Below are positions 19,749-29,684 of a stretch of DNA of 64,000 bases, one piece after another. The DNA is from an uncultured Candidatus Saccharibacteria bacterium (GTDB lineage Bacteria; Patescibacteriota; UBA1384; CAILIB01), in contig CAZQKK010000001.1 of NCBI GenBank assembly GCA_964593885.1, forward strand, positions 105,929 through 169,928. Direction: 5' to 3'. Numbering within the stretch: position 1 is the first letter of the stretch; every line of letters starts with the position of its first letter. Below the pieces are notes generated by a model, which was not told the DNA's origin, ran no database searches, and saw nothing but the letters and a program-made list of their open reading frames with translations. The position numbers and the translations under genes were made by a program.

Positions 19749-20474
19749 ATGCCATCAGTAAAAAAACTTGGACGCTACATACTCAATAAAGTTGATGAAC
19801 GTAAAATAAAGCAGCATCCCCATGCGGCTTCCGATGCGCGATCAATGAAACCTCTAGCTCGCTGGGTCCAGCAGTACACCGATATTAAGCCTAAAACTGT
19901 TGCTGAGATCGGCGCAAACTACGCTCAAGATGCTGAAGGTCTTCGCCACTACTTTAACCTCGATCCAAAAGATATTTGGGTATTTGAAGCTCACCCTGAC
20001 ATCTATCGCGAAATAACAAAAACTTACGACTTCAACGCTTTTCAGGTTGCCGTATTTAATACGAGAAAAGAACGTGTCTTCCATATTGTCGATATCGGAG
20101 CAACAAAGAATACCGGCACTTCATCGCTGTATAACCACAGCTACTCAAAAGAGACAAGCCGTGAGATCACGGTGCCTTGCATTCGAATGGATGACTTTAT
20201 GAAAGAGCATGCCATTGAGAGCTTTGATTTCCTCAAACTCGACGTAGAAGGCTGCAACTACGAGGTTCTTGAGGGCTTCGGAAAGCGCCTCTCAGACGTA
20301 AAGGTTCTCCACATTGAGTCTGAGCACAAGCCAATTTGGGAAGGTCAGAAGCTCTACGCTGACATTGAGAAGATTCTCACCGATAACGGTTTCGAGCTTG
20401 TACTCTTCGAGCGTCACTTTTCTCAGTCTGATTCACTCTGGGTGCAGAAAGAATTCCTTAAGAATGATTTCTAG
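19749..20474 (+). CDS. FkbM-family SAM-dependent methyltransferase
   Basis: VAEIGANYAQDA glycine-rich SAM motif and FLKLDVEGCNYEVLEGF motif typical of the FkbM family. Lower GC than its surroundings. Confidence 0.6.
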   Translation: MPSVKKLGRYILNKVDERKIKQHPHAASDARSMKPLARWVQQYTDIKPKTVAEIGANYAQDAEGLRHYFNLDPKDIWVFEAHPDIYREITKTYDFNAFQVAVFNTRKERVFHIVDIGATKNTGTSSLYNHSYSKETSREITVPCIRMDDFMKEHAIESFDFLKLDVEGCNYEVLEGFGKRLSDVKVLHIESEHKPIWEGQKLYADIEKILTDNGFELVLFERHFSQSDSLWVQKEFLKNDF

Positions 20475-20486
20475 TTAGCAGCTAGC

Positions 20487-21035
20487 GTGACCTTCGCCCA
20501 AGAAATCCTCACAGAACTCAAGGCAGCTCCCGGGATTACCTTCTCCGCCGAGGTGATTAACCCTGGCGCCACCGAAGCACAGCTAGCAGCACTATTGGCT
20601 GCATTTCCGGTTGACGAATCCATCCTCAGTTTCTACCGCGAAATGAATGGCTGCCGGATACACTGGCAGGGTAACCTTCGCTCCAGACAGTGGGGAGTAA
20701 TCCAGTTCAGAACCATTGAGAACCTCCTCGCAGAAAACGGACTCCTCTTCTCTGACGAGATGAACCCTGAATCAGACATCAAACTTGAAAAAGGCGCCAC
20801 AGGCGTAGACCTCGTGGAGCACGACTACGACGGCCACCGCACCGAACCTCACTACACCTTCGCTCAACTCCTCCAAATCCTCAAACTCACCCGCGGATAC
20901 TTCAACTGGCAGTACTACGTGAACGTCTACCTCAATCAAACTGACGTTGAGTTTCTCCCAGAAATGGAAGGAGATTTGAAAGCCTTGTTCCCAGACTTCT
21001 CCTACGAAACCCTCAACACCATCCTGGGAAAGTAG
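20487..21035 (+). CDS. Hypothetical protein, possibly SMI1/KNR4 (SUKH) superfamily
   Basis: N-terminal pattern ATEAQLAALLAAFPVDESILSFYREMNGCRI resembles the SUKH motif (A..I...E..LG..LP..Y..FL...NG). Assignment is tentative. Confidence 0.35.
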   Translation: MTFAQEILTELKAAPGITFSAEVINPGATEAQLAALLAAFPVDESILSFYREMNGCRIHWQGNLRSRQWGVIQFRTIENLLAENGLLFSDEMNPESDIKLEKGATGVDLVEHDYDGHRTEPHYTFAQLLQILKLTRGYFNWQYYVNVYLNQTDVEFLPEMEGDLKALFPDFSYETLNTILGK

Positions 21036-21353
21036 CTACTTCTTCTTTTTCTGACCAATAACCTTCGCTGCCGCCAAGAGTACCTCCGATAGGTCTCCTG
21101 CCATGTGGTACCAGTCATCGGTGAGGAGGTAGTGATCTCTAGCACCTTGGTAGGGCACTCCTTTAGGAAAATGCTCTTCTAGCGAAGATGTTTCGGGTAG
21201 AATCTTCACAAAAAGCTGGTCATCACAGATGAGTGCAACTACCACATCATTGGCGTAGAGGGCATACTCCCCAAACATTGCCCTTACTCTAAACAGTCCT
21301 GAGGGTTTTAGGTGTGAGAGGATGTCTTCAGTTGTTTCTTTTTGAGTACTCAT
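21036..21353 (-). CDS. TfoX N-terminal domain protein
   Basis: RAMFGEYALYANDVVVALICDDQLFVK matches the TfoX_N core (MFGgyglY.dg.mFa.v.dd.LylK). Confidence 0.6.
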   Translation of the reverse strand: MSTQKETTEDILSHLKPSGLFRVRAMFGEYALYANDVVVALICDDQLFVKILPETSSLEEHFPKGVPYQGARDHYLLTDDWYHMAGDLSEVLLAAAKVIGQKKKK

Positions 21354-21664
21354 TTCTTCTCAAACCTATCCCCATCTCTCACCCTAATCTTTTCCAGAAC
21401 CTTCCCAAAAGATTCATCAAGGTCTATTCCCTGTGAATTCGCCAGACAGAAAACGGTAAACAGGATATCGGCAATTTCATCACCTATCTCCGCCACATCT
21501 TCAGTTGCCTTCTTCTTTTTGGGTCCAAACCTGTGGTTGAGCTCACGCGCCAGCTCCCCCACCTCTTCGGTGAGCCTCGCCATAATTTCTAGAGGCTGCC
21601 AGTACGGAACTTTGTACTGCTGAGCCCACTCATCAACAGCTTGTTGGTAGGGTTTGATCGCCAT
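21350..21664 (-). CDS. MazG-like nucleotide pyrophosphohydrolase
   Basis: EEVGELARE...IGDEIADILF, the EExxE...D motif pair of the MazG/YpjD all-alpha NTP-PPase family. Confidence 0.75.
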   Translation of the reverse strand: MAIKPYQQAVDEWAQQYKVPYWQPLEIMARLTEEVGELARELNHRFGPKKKKATEDVAEIGDEIADILFTVFCLANSQGIDLDESFGKVLEKIRVRDGDRFEKK

Positions 21665-21728
21665 GCTTGTGTGCTTAGGTGTGTCACCACAGTAACCGGT
21701 ATTTCACAGGGTTTCTACCCTTTGCATC

Positions 21729-21757
21729 TTGACAAATCAGAGTAAATGTGGTATTGT
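21729..21757 (+). promoter_or_regulatory. Strong sigma70-like promoter TTGACA-17bp-TATTGT (extended TGg) followed by SD GGAAGGAG and ATG 21792
   Basis: TTGACA at 21729-21734, TATTGT at 21752-21757. The ORF-track start 21729 is the TTG of the -35 box itself. Confidence 0.5.
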
Positions 21758-21791
21758 AGCGCGTCCGCGTGAAAAACGTGGAAGGAGAACG

Positions 21792-22436
21792 ATGAATCCG
21801 AAGGGAACTACATCAGACGCTTTTACCTGGCTCAAAAGAGCTGGGGACACCACTTGGGCCAAGGATCTGCCCAGGGAAATCGACGTTCTGGTGCTATCTC
21901 TTGGTTGCACCCTCGACAAAACGGAGACGAAGTTAGCAACTTCCTCAGTAGTCAGCATCCGGAAGGGGGCTGAATGGTACGCAATCGCTAAGAAGAGCCA
22001 CAAGCGTTGTGCGCTCATCGCGGTTGGCGCGGGTTACTGGCAGGAGATGCCCAACTACGAGTATGACCTCATGCTCGAAGAAGCTCTCGCCCAAGGAGTG
22101 CCCGCTGAAGATCTCTTCGGAGAACCTCACAGCTTCAACACTCCCATGAATGCCGTTTGCATCGCAGCGGCGCTCAAGGGACGAAGGGTCGGGAGCATCA
22201 TCCTTACCTGCGATCCGATCCATGCGAGTAGGGCAGCCGCGACATTCCGTAAGATCTTCGATGTCTGCGGGCTGTTTATCCCCATCACCGTAAGGCCAGG
22301 CGAGAGCCCAGAGTACGGAGACTCATCCAAGTGGTTCCTCAGATCTGCCATCACCTGGTGGGCCTGGAACCTCCTAGGGAGGATCCTCCTCCCACTCCAC
22401 GTCCGTAAGATCCAAAAGGCGCTTGCCAAACGGTAA
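21792..22436 (+). CDS. YdcF/ElyC/SanA (DUF218) family protein
   Basis: Start re-assigned to ATG 21792 (MNPKGTT...) with an upstream SD. Sequence ...ALIAVGAGYWQE...IILTCDPIHASRAAATF fits the DUF218 Rossmann-like family. Confidence 0.5.
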   Translation: MNPKGTTSDAFTWLKRAGDTTWAKDLPREIDVLVLSLGCTLDKTETKLATSSVVSIRKGAEWYAIAKKSHKRCALIAVGAGYWQEMPNYEYDLMLEEALAQGVPAEDLFGEPHSFNTPMNAVCIAAALKGRRVGSIILTCDPIHASRAAATFRKIFDVCGLFIPITVRPGESPEYGDSSKWFLRSAITWWAWNLLGRILLPLHVRKIQKALAKR

Positions 22437-22452
22437 GCGCCCAACTATCAGA

Positions 22453-22477
22453 AAGCACCCCTAACCCGGGTGCTTTT
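22453..22477. terminator. Bidirectional terminator hairpin AAGCACCC-ctaaccc-GGGTGCTT + TTTCTATTT
   Basis: 8 bp stem at 22453-22460 / 22468-22475 between convergent genes. Confidence 0.55.
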
Positions 22478-24352
22478 CTATTTCACCTTAAATATCCTCC
22501 ACCCTCGTGTCTCGCCAATGAGTTCAAAGTACTTTTCAAAAGCACCCTCAACATAGCCAACATCGGTGTCTTCGTTTGGACCGAGTACCGCATGGGTAAT
22601 CCCATAGCGTGAGATGTACTGGGGGGTTGCCTTACTCCCACTCCAAGTGGCACTTGCTGCTGCCAACCGTGGTCCTGCCTCTATCCCGTAAGACCACAGC
22701 CACCCTGGGTAACCAACGAGGAGATCCCTACCCGCCACCATAGTTACTGGGTGGTTGTGCCTATCAGAGGTGAGCACCACTGCATCCGGGGGCACTAGCT
22801 CACGCACCAAATTTCCTGCTTCCTGATCGGTAGCTGAAAGGAACATGTTCTGTTCGTTCACCTCTCGTACCAAGGTAATGAGTCCGCTTGAGGTGAGGAG
22901 GAGTACTGCAACGCAAGCTACAAGAGCAAAGCGAGGCTGCTTCAGCCACTTTGCAAAGAGGTACGCCACAGGAAGCATGGCAAAAAAGTAGGCGTACGTG
23001 AGAAGTTTCATGTTATCCCAAGCGTACGGCTGGAAAGCGTAGAGGTTGCAAGCGATAAAGATGGCTACTCCGGTAACGATACTTGGAACCAGCCAACTCT
23101 TCCCAACCTTATCCTTCAGAGCAACCCACACCCCAATCGGAATGAGCACCAGGGCAGCGCCTAGGTTTCGTAGCCAGAATGTCACCACCAGCTCATCTGA
23201 ACCTGTCATCCACCCCAGTTGCTGGTAGACAAAGCTTGCATCGTAGCTGGTGCGAAGCTGCCAGAGGAGCTGTGGGACAGCCAGGCAGACGCCAAGTACC
23301 AGTGCTAGCACAAAAGGTACTATTGGCTGCTTCTTCACCACCATCCAGATAATGAGGCAGAAGCTGAAAAGCGAAACCACCATGAAGGTGTGCACGTGGA
23401 TGAATGGGAGCCCCCCATACAGCAGCCCGAGAACCACCCAGCGGTACTTCTGGTGGCGCTTCTCCTCGGCAAGCCAGACGAGAACTATCGTTAAGAAAAC
23501 GAGGAAACCGGCAAGGTACGTCCGCTGAGGTAAGAGGTGAGAAGTTACTAGGTTTGCAAAAGGCAAGCCCCCCTCTGGAATCATCGTCCAATCAGTATCC
23601 ATTGCAGCGGCATACCCCTTCTCAAGCCACTCTTTAGCGAAGAAGTACCATCCGGCCGCAGATCCTGAGGCAAGGATGAGGAGAGTGTGCACGTAGGCTG
23701 CACGCATGCTCCCAAGTAACCTCCAGGTAACCGCAACGCTCAACCTCACCACCGCCAGCAACGAGAGAAAGGTGGGTAGCATGAAAGCTAGTGGCCAGCT
23801 GCCCCCTAACCTAAAGATAATGCCGCTCGCAAAATCGGTGAGGAATGGGTAGGAGAGGTTGCTCCCTGAAAAAATGGGGAGGGTAAGGTCTACATTTGGT
23901 TGGTAGGCAAAGTGAGCAGCGAGGGTTTGGTGGAGTGCTAAGTCTGCCCAAGTGTAACCAACGCTCAACCAGTTACCAGATGCATCAGTTTGGAGAAAGT
24001 GGCTCACCGTCGTACTAAAGGTAAGGACAACCAGTACCACCCAGAAAAGCTGGTAGGTAAGCCGTAGCCAGAAGCCCTTTGGCTGTGGTTCTGGTAAGGT
24101 TTCAGGCTTTCCTTTTACCCAGAGTATCGCTCCACCAACCAAGAGGAGGATGGCGAGTGAGACAGGTAAACCAACACCATAGCCAAGGAGAGAAGCTGAA
24201 AGGAACGTCACCCACATTGCCGTGGCAAACCCAAGCACCCAGGCAACTCCAAGCTTCTCGCTCCACGTTAGCTTAAGCTTAATGAGACTGAGCACACCAA
24301 AACCCGCCAACCACCAAACTCCAACAACCAGCAGTGAGATGACGAGCTGCAT
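22478..24352 (-). CDS. Large polytopic membrane protein (624 aa), GT-C-fold glycosyltransferase-like (ArnT/PMT-like) by architecture
   Basis: More than 12 predicted TM helices and a C-terminal soluble domain. No single diagnostic motif could be verified. Confidence 0.45.
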   Translation of the reverse strand: MQLVISLLVVGVWWLAGFGVLSLIKLKLTWSEKLGVAWVLGFATAMWVTFLSASLLGYGVGLPVSLAILLLVGGAILWVKGKPETLPEPQPKGFWLRLTYQLFWVVLVVLTFSTTVSHFLQTDASGNWLSVGYTWADLALHQTLAAHFAYQPNVDLTLPIFSGSNLSYPFLTDFASGIIFRLGGSWPLAFMLPTFLSLLAVVRLSVAVTWRLLGSMRAAYVHTLLILASGSAAGWYFFAKEWLEKGYAAAMDTDWTMIPEGGLPFANLVTSHLLPQRTYLAGFLVFLTIVLVWLAEEKRHQKYRWVVLGLLYGGLPFIHVHTFMVVSLFSFCLIIWMVVKKQPIVPFVLALVLGVCLAVPQLLWQLRTSYDASFVYQQLGWMTGSDELVVTFWLRNLGAALVLIPIGVWVALKDKVGKSWLVPSIVTGVAIFIACNLYAFQPYAWDNMKLLTYAYFFAMLPVAYLFAKWLKQPRFALVACVAVLLLTSSGLITLVREVNEQNMFLSATDQEAGNLVRELVPPDAVVLTSDRHNHPVTMVAGRDLLVGYPGWLWSYGIEAGPRLAAASATWSGSKATPQYISRYGITHAVLGPNEDTDVGYVEGAFEKYFELIGETRGWRIFKVK

Positions 24353-24358
24353 ACCTCC

Positions 24359-26158
24359 ATGCTACAGGCTCCCTCGCACGCTGAAAACCTGCTAGGCTTA
24401 CCGCATATGGATAACCGCGAAATTCCAGACGAGATAAAGGCAAAGCTTCCTATCGAGGAGCTCATTTCTTCGTACCTCCCCCTCAAGAAAGCGGGACGGA
24501 TCTACAAGGGCCTTTGCCCTTTCCACGGCGAAAAAACTCCATCTTTCACCGTTAACCCTGAACGCGGCATCTACAAATGTTTCGGCTGCGGCGAGGGAGG
24601 CGACATTTTCAGCTTCGTGATGAAGCTTGAGGGCCTCACCTTCCCAGAAGCGGTACGGTTGCTTGGCGATAAGGCAGGAGTTGCGGTACCTGAGTTTAAG
24701 GGTGGGGGCGAACCAGCCGGCCCCAGCAAACGCACCCTCTTTGGAGTGAATGAAATGGTCAGCAAGCTCTGGCACAAAATCCTCACCGACCACCCAAAAG
24801 CCTCGCATGCCCGCGAGTACCTTGCTTCTCGTGGCTTGGAACCAGAAACCATCGAGGCCTTCCAAATTGGCTACGCTCCCCTTGGTCAGGTCACCCGGCA
24901 AGCCTTGGAAAAGACTGGCTACAAACGTGACGAAATCCAAGCTGCTGGTGACCCCACCAAGTTCCAGGACCGAATTACCTTTCCCATCGCCGACATCACC
25001 GGCAAGATTGTTGGCTTCACCGGAAGGCTCTTAGAGCACGCCGATGACACCCGAAGCCCTGAGTCTCGGGGACCAAAGTACTGGAATACCCCAGAAACTC
25101 CACTCTTCATAAAAAGTAGGACATTGTATGCACTCCACCTGGCAAAGCACGCCATGCAGGAGAAAGAGACGGCAATCCTCGCTGAAGGACAGATGGATGT
25201 CGCCATGCTGCACCAGGCCGGGTACCACCACACGGTTGCTTCTTCTGGAACTGCCCTCACCTCAGAGCAGCTAGCAATCATTAGGCGCTTCGTCCCAACC
25301 ATTACCTTCGCCTATGACGGGGACAAGGCTGGAAAGGCCGCCACCATGCGAGGCCTATCGCTGGCGCTTGAGGCTGACCTCGTCCCCTACGTCATCAGTA
25401 TTCCAAATGGGAAGGACCCCGCAGACTGCATCCAGAAGGATCCGGCAGCGTGGGCAGAGAGCTACGAAAAACGCTTATTCTACATGGACTGGATAATTTC
25501 TGAGCTAGTCCCGGAAGGAGTTGCCAGCATGCAAGCCGAAGCGCGCCGAGCCGTTGCAAAGCAGCTTGTAGATTGGCTAGCAAAAATCCCCGATCCTTCT
25601 GAGCAGGCAACCTGGTTTCAGAAAGCGGCGGTATACCTCCAGACAGAGGAGTCTAACCTTCGCGAGCTCTACCGCAGGCTCTACCCAAGCAGCGCTAAAC
25701 TGCCGCAAACCGCACGCAAAGCCGAAAAAGCCCCTGAACAGACCAGAGACCTCACCGAGATGGCAGCGGCAATTCTGCTCAGCTTCCCTGAAGTTGCCGC
25801 CCACCTTGAGGGTCAGCTTGATGTTCTCACCAAAGATGTTGGTAATAGCCAGGTACTTACTATCTACAAGGATCTCCTCGGGAAAGGCCCCAATCTCTCA
25901 CTTGCGGTAAACCAGCTGAGCGATGCCGACCAAACCAATTTGAACCTGGAACTTGAGCAGGTACTCCAACCCTACGAGAGCGTCGAGCTCAACGATACCT
26001 GGGCACTCACCGAGCTGACCATCCTCCTCAGGCGCATCCGTGAAAGGAGCCGGGAGCAGGCCAAAAATCGGATTGCCGAAGCAATCAGCCAAGCCCAGAC
26101 GCTAGGAGACACCAAAAAGATACAGGAACTCTTCCAGGAGCTACAAAAGCTGGTATAA
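24359..26158 (+). CDS. dnaG: DNA primase DnaG (true start may be ATG 24407)
   Basis: CHC2 zinc finger CPFHGEKTPSF...CFGCGEGGD and TOPRIM region ILAEGQMDV. Confidence 0.85.
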   Translation: MLQAPSHAENLLGLPHMDNREIPDEIKAKLPIEELISSYLPLKKAGRIYKGLCPFHGEKTPSFTVNPERGIYKCFGCGEGGDIFSFVMKLEGLTFPEAVRLLGDKAGVAVPEFKGGGEPAGPSKRTLFGVNEMVSKLWHKILTDHPKASHAREYLASRGLEPETIEAFQIGYAPLGQVTRQALEKTGYKRDEIQAAGDPTKFQDRITFPIADITGKIVGFTGRLLEHADDTRSPESRGPKYWNTPETPLFIKSRTLYALHLAKHAMQEKETAILAEGQMDVAMLHQAGYHHTVASSGTALTSEQLAIIRRFVPTITFAYDGDKAGKAATMRGLSLALEADLVPYVISIPNGKDPADCIQKDPAAWAESYEKRLFYMDWIISELVPEGVASMQAEARRAVAKQLVDWLAKIPDPSEQATWFQKAAVYLQTEESNLRELYRRLYPSSAKLPQTARKAEKAPEQTRDLTEMAAAILLSFPEVAAHLEGQLDVLTKDVGNSQVLTIYKDLLGKGPNLSLAVNQLSDADQTNLNLELEQVLQPYESVELNDTWALTELTILLRRIRERSREQAKNRIAEAISQAQTLGDTKKIQELFQELQKLV

Positions 26159-26200
26159 ACCTGCTATTGTGGGAACGCCTATCCAGCTAATGTTTTTCGT

Positions 26201-27400
26201 ATGACCAAGCGAGCGCCAAAGGCGTATGTAGAGGAAAAGCTGGAGTATGTTGTAGGTCTCAAAGACCTCATCAAAAAAGGAAAAGTACACGGATTCATCA
26301 CTGCCAAGGAAATTCTCCAAGCCTTCCCAGAATTTGAGGAAGACATTCCGCAGATGGATGCTTTTTTCGCGTACTGTTCTGAACGTGGTATCGAAATTCA
26401 AGAATCACCAAACCGCATCCTCAGGCTCATGACAGATGAAGAGGTTGTCATCTCACAGAAGCCTGTCAGCACCCGCAAGAAAGCTGCAAGCAAGGCTCCC
26501 GCCAGGAGCGCTACCCTCGTTGATGCCGGTCCTAGCCGCCGTGATCTTGAGGCAGCTGATGAGGATATCCCAAACCTCTCTGATGACTCGGTACGTATGT
26601 ACCTCAGGGAAATTGGACGTATTCCCCTCCTCAACACTGAAGAAGAAATTAGGCTTGCTAAGCGTATCGCCCACGGCGACCAGCTTGCTAAGAAAAAGCT
26701 CACCGAGGCTAACCTTCGTCTCGTGGTTTCTATTGCCAAGAAGTACATTGGACGCGGTCTTTCGCTCCTAGACCTTGTGCAAGAGGGAAACCTCGGCCTC
26801 ACCCGTGCGGTTGAGAAGTTTGACTACACCAAAGGTTTCAAGTTCTCCACCTACGCCACCTGGTGGGTACGTCAGGCTATCACCCGCGCCATTGCAGACC
26901 AGGCAAGGACCATTCGTATCCCGGTCCACATGATTGAGACCATAAATAAGCTCATCCGTGTGCAGCGTTCGCTGGTACAGGAGCTTGGTAGAGAGCCAAC
27001 TGTTACCGAGATCGCCAAAGAGCTTGGCATTGATGAGGACAAGGTTAACCACATCATCAAGATTTCCCAGGAAACTGTTTCACTTGAAGCACCAGTTGGT
27101 GAAGAAGAAGATTCACGCCTCGGTGATTTCCTCGAGGATAAGGAAAGTCTCAGCCCTGAAGAGTCGGCCATCTACGAGCTGATGAAGGGACACGTAGAAG
27201 AATTCCTCGATATCCTCCCACCGCGTGAGCAGAAGATTCTCAGAATGCGTTTTGGACTCGAGAACGGCAGATCTCACACCCTCGAAGAAGTAGGGCAAGA
27301 GTTTGGCGTTACCCGTGAGCGTATCCGTCAGATTGAGGCAAAGGCTCTCAAGAAGCTTGAACGCCACGAGCTCTCACTAAAACTCCGAGACTACCTATAG
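26201..27400 (+). CDS. rpoD: RNA polymerase sigma-70 factor RpoD
   Basis: Regions 2-4 conserved: [41 protein letters not shown] and C-terminal [27 protein letters not shown]. Confidence 0.9.
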   Translation: MTKRAPKAYVEEKLEYVVGLKDLIKKGKVHGFITAKEILQAFPEFEEDIPQMDAFFAYCSERGIEIQESPNRILRLMTDEEVVISQKPVSTRKKAASKAPARSATLVDAGPSRRDLEAADEDIPNLSDDSVRMYLREIGRIPLLNTEEEIRLAKRIAHGDQLAKKKLTEANLRLVVSIAKKYIGRGLSLLDLVQEGNLGLTRAVEKFDYTKGFKFSTYATWWVRQAITRAIADQARTIRIPVHMIETINKLIRVQRSLVQELGREPTVTEIAKELGIDEDKVNHIIKISQETVSLEAPVGEEEDSRLGDFLEDKESLSPEESAIYELMKGHVEEFLDILPPREQKILRMRFGLENGRSHTLEEVGQEFGVTRERIRQIEAKALKKLERHELSLKLRDYL

Positions 27401-27408
27401 TCACCCCC

Positions 27409-27846
27409 GTGAAAATTCTCAAGCACCCTCGAGTGAAATGGTTTGGAACATCGCTCCTACCTCTCCTCATCCTGCTTGGAATTGGGTCATGGTACACCTA
27501 CCAGGTTCTCAACTCACCACCCGAGTTTAGGTCGCTTGAAGGTTTTGGTCTGGAGAACGAGCTCCTCATCGTCACGTACACCACCCTCATTCTTGCAGCC
27601 GCAAGCTGGTGGAGCATGCTCTCGCTCTACGGCAAGCGCGCTTTCAGTAGAGAGCACATCTGGCCAAGCCTGTTTACCGTTGGTGCCTTCCTCACCCTCG
27701 CCGCAACGGTAGTTTTTGTGATGAGCATTTTGGGGTCTGATGATGACCTCTGGGTGAAGATCCTCGGCTTTGTCCTCGCTTCACTCTCTACCTTGCTCCT
27801 CACCCTCAGAGACCACCAACAGCTTACCCACGAGAGCAAAAAGTAG
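27409..27846 (+). CDS. Membrane protein (145 aa, 4 TM)
   Basis: Four hydrophobic helices; function unknown. Confidence 0.45.
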   Translation: MKILKHPRVKWFGTSLLPLLILLGIGSWYTYQVLNSPPEFRSLEGFGLENELLIVTYTTLILAAASWWSMLSLYGKRAFSREHIWPSLFTVGAFLTLAATVVFVMSILGSDDDLWVKILGFVLASLSTLLLTLRDHQQLTHESKK

Positions 27847-28403
27847 TGTACGGATCTTTACGCGGCATTGTTACCGGGAGACTAGACCAGCGCATCCTCA
27901 TTGAGGTAGATGCGGTAGGCTACTGGGTGCACACCGGCAGCTGGCAGCCAGTGGGCGAAGTTACCACTTACCTCCACCACCACGTGCGAGAAGACGCAGA
28001 CCAACTCTTTGGTTTCCCAGACCTCCAGACCCTTTCCCTCTTTGAGAAGCTCCTCACGGTGAGTGGTATTGGTCCCAAGGCAGCCCTCGCCCTCTTGTCT
28101 CTTGGCTCTCCGGAGCGAATCAGGTCTGCCATCCAGTCTGCCGATCACGCATTCTTGAGCATGGCTCCAGGAATAGGAAAGCGTGCCGCCGAGAAGGTTA
28201 CCCTAGAACTCAAAGGGAAACTTCCTGAGGTCCTTGAAAATGGGAGTGCACCTGCGGTTTCCATCACCGACGAGCTGCTTGAGGCACTTGAATCCTTAGG
28301 CTACAAGCGAAGTGAACTCCTCCCCATTGTGAGAGACATGCCAGCCACCGCCACTACCCTTGATGATCAAATTAAGTGGGTGCTGAAACAGATGGTGAGG
28401 TAG
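27846..28403 (+). CDS. ruvA: Holliday junction branch-migration protein RuvA
   Basis: 185 aa; N-terminal OB-fold pattern MYGSLRGIVTG...ILIEVDAVGYWVH and HhH motifs in the GIGPKAALALLS region. Confidence 0.8.
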   Translation: MYGSLRGIVTGRLDQRILIEVDAVGYWVHTGSWQPVGEVTTYLHHHVREDADQLFGFPDLQTLSLFEKLLTVSGIGPKAALALLSLGSPERIRSAIQSADHAFLSMAPGIGKRAAEKVTLELKGKLPEVLENGSAPAVSITDELLEALESLGYKRSELLPIVRDMPATATTLDDQIKWVLKQMVR

Positions 28404-28475
28404 CCGTACTAGAGTGTACGTTGAAGGAGTTACGGAAGATTTGACGAAGTCAGATGTCGCTGTGGGAGTTTTTTA

Positions 28476-29684
28476 TTAGTATTCTTCTTCCCAGTGCTGC
28501 ACTTCGATTACACTCGGCGTACTACTCAAATTAAAGACAGAGTTGATTATCGTCGTATTAATATTCACCGCAAAGGTTGCTCCAGTGGTTATCGCCATGT
28601 TGTTTGGACAGACAAGACCTCCGTTGATAGTAACGTTCGGGACACTCGTCATCGCCACGTTACCACCACCGAAGAATACCCCGTTAATAATCCACCTCCC
28701 TCCATTGAGTGCTGTGTTTCCTCCAACAAGGATGCCACTCTCGTTATTTCCCGGATTTAACACGTTGAAAGTCAACCTACTCGCAATGGCGTTACTCACC
28801 GAAAAGTTACTGGCAAAAACTAGGATACCGGTTAGGTTAACCACTGTGTTATTTGGTACTGAGGTAAGGCTGAAGGCGCTGCTCACGTAGGTAATCGGAC
28901 CAGGTAGGGTTATCGTTCCACCGGTTTGAATGAGGTTCCTGAAAGCCGTCCCTGTGTAGGTTGCATTTGCGCTGGTCTGGTAGTAGGCAAAGTCTACCGT
29001 TGGGATGGTAAGCGAACCAGGCGGTGGCGGAACGTTGTTTGCCTGAGTTCCTCCCGAAGTAACCGTTCCACCTGTCCTTGTGTAGTTCCCTACCGCAAGG
29101 AACTTTCCCGTACCAAGGTTCATATTGGCATTTGTCAGTGTCATGTTCCCCGTTGTATAGAGATCGCTGTTTGGTATTTGTGCCGTGCTGCTTCCGTTAC
29201 TAAAACTCATGTTGAAACCACTCACAATTGAAGCGTTCCCAAGGGTGCCAGTTGTGGGAGCTGAGTAGACCTCAGCCGTAACCTTTCGTTTTGCAGTGAA
29301 AGCCCCATTATCTGCCGTAGCATCAACCGTAATGGTTCCGTATCCTGCTCCTTTTACAGCGTTTGAAAGCATTGTTACGGTAAAACCCTGTCCTGCCTGA
29401 GGAGTGTTTGTTGCGGTGTAGGTGGTATTGAGAGCTCCAGCCCTCAGGGCATCAGCCAAGGAAGTATCTGTTTTGAGCTTATTCACCGCATGCACAATTC
29501 CTGCGTCAGCAGCGTAGTACGCGGTAATACCTTCACGTTGTGAGCGCGAGATCTTCGCCTCAAGTGCCGAAATACTCACCAAGGCTCCAACTCCAAACAA
29601 ACCAACCCCCAAGAGAATGAGAATGGTTGCCAGAGCGTAGCCGGATTTCTGCCTTCGTCCCATCAGAGTTAGCATGCTTTTCAC
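28476..29684 (-). CDS. PilX-like minor pilin/pilus-tip assembly protein (402 aa)
   Basis: N-terminal class III signal-like RRQKSG/YALATILILLGVGLFG, then a T/N/G-rich beta-rich region. It is the last gene of the pilin cluster. Confidence 0.5.
   Translation of the reverse strand: MKSMLTLMGRRQKSGYALATILILLGVGLFGVGALVSISALEAKISRSQREGITAYYAADAGIVHAVNKLKTDTSLADALRAGALNTTYTATNTPQAGQGFTVTMLSNAVKGAGYGTITVDATADNGAFTAKRKVTAEVYSAPTTGTLGNASIVSGFNMSFSNGSSTAQIPNSDLYTTGNMTLTNANMNLGTGKFLAVGNYTRTGGTVTSGGTQANNVPPPPGSLTIPTVDFAYYQTSANATYTGTAFRNLIQTGGTITLPGPITYVSSAFSLTSVPNNTVVNLTGILVFASNFSVSNAIASRLTFNVLNPGNNESGILVGGNTALNGGRWIINGVFFGGGNVAMTSVPNVTINGGLVCPNNMAITTGATFAVNINTTIINSVFNLSSTPSVIEVQHWEEEY

Noticed and set aside
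21729-21791. ORF-track start of the YdcF-like gene at 21729
   Set aside because: That TTG is the first codon of a consensus -35 TTGACA box. A -10 TATTGT, a strong SD and ATG 21792 follow, so the N-terminal 21 codons are almost certainly not translated.
24353-24358. Only 6 bp between the divergent starts of the GT-C-like membrane gene (24352) and dnaG (24359)
   Set aside because: Not a real shared-promoter anomaly. The DnaG alignment suggests its start may be the internal ATG 24407, and the upstream Met is probably an over-extension.
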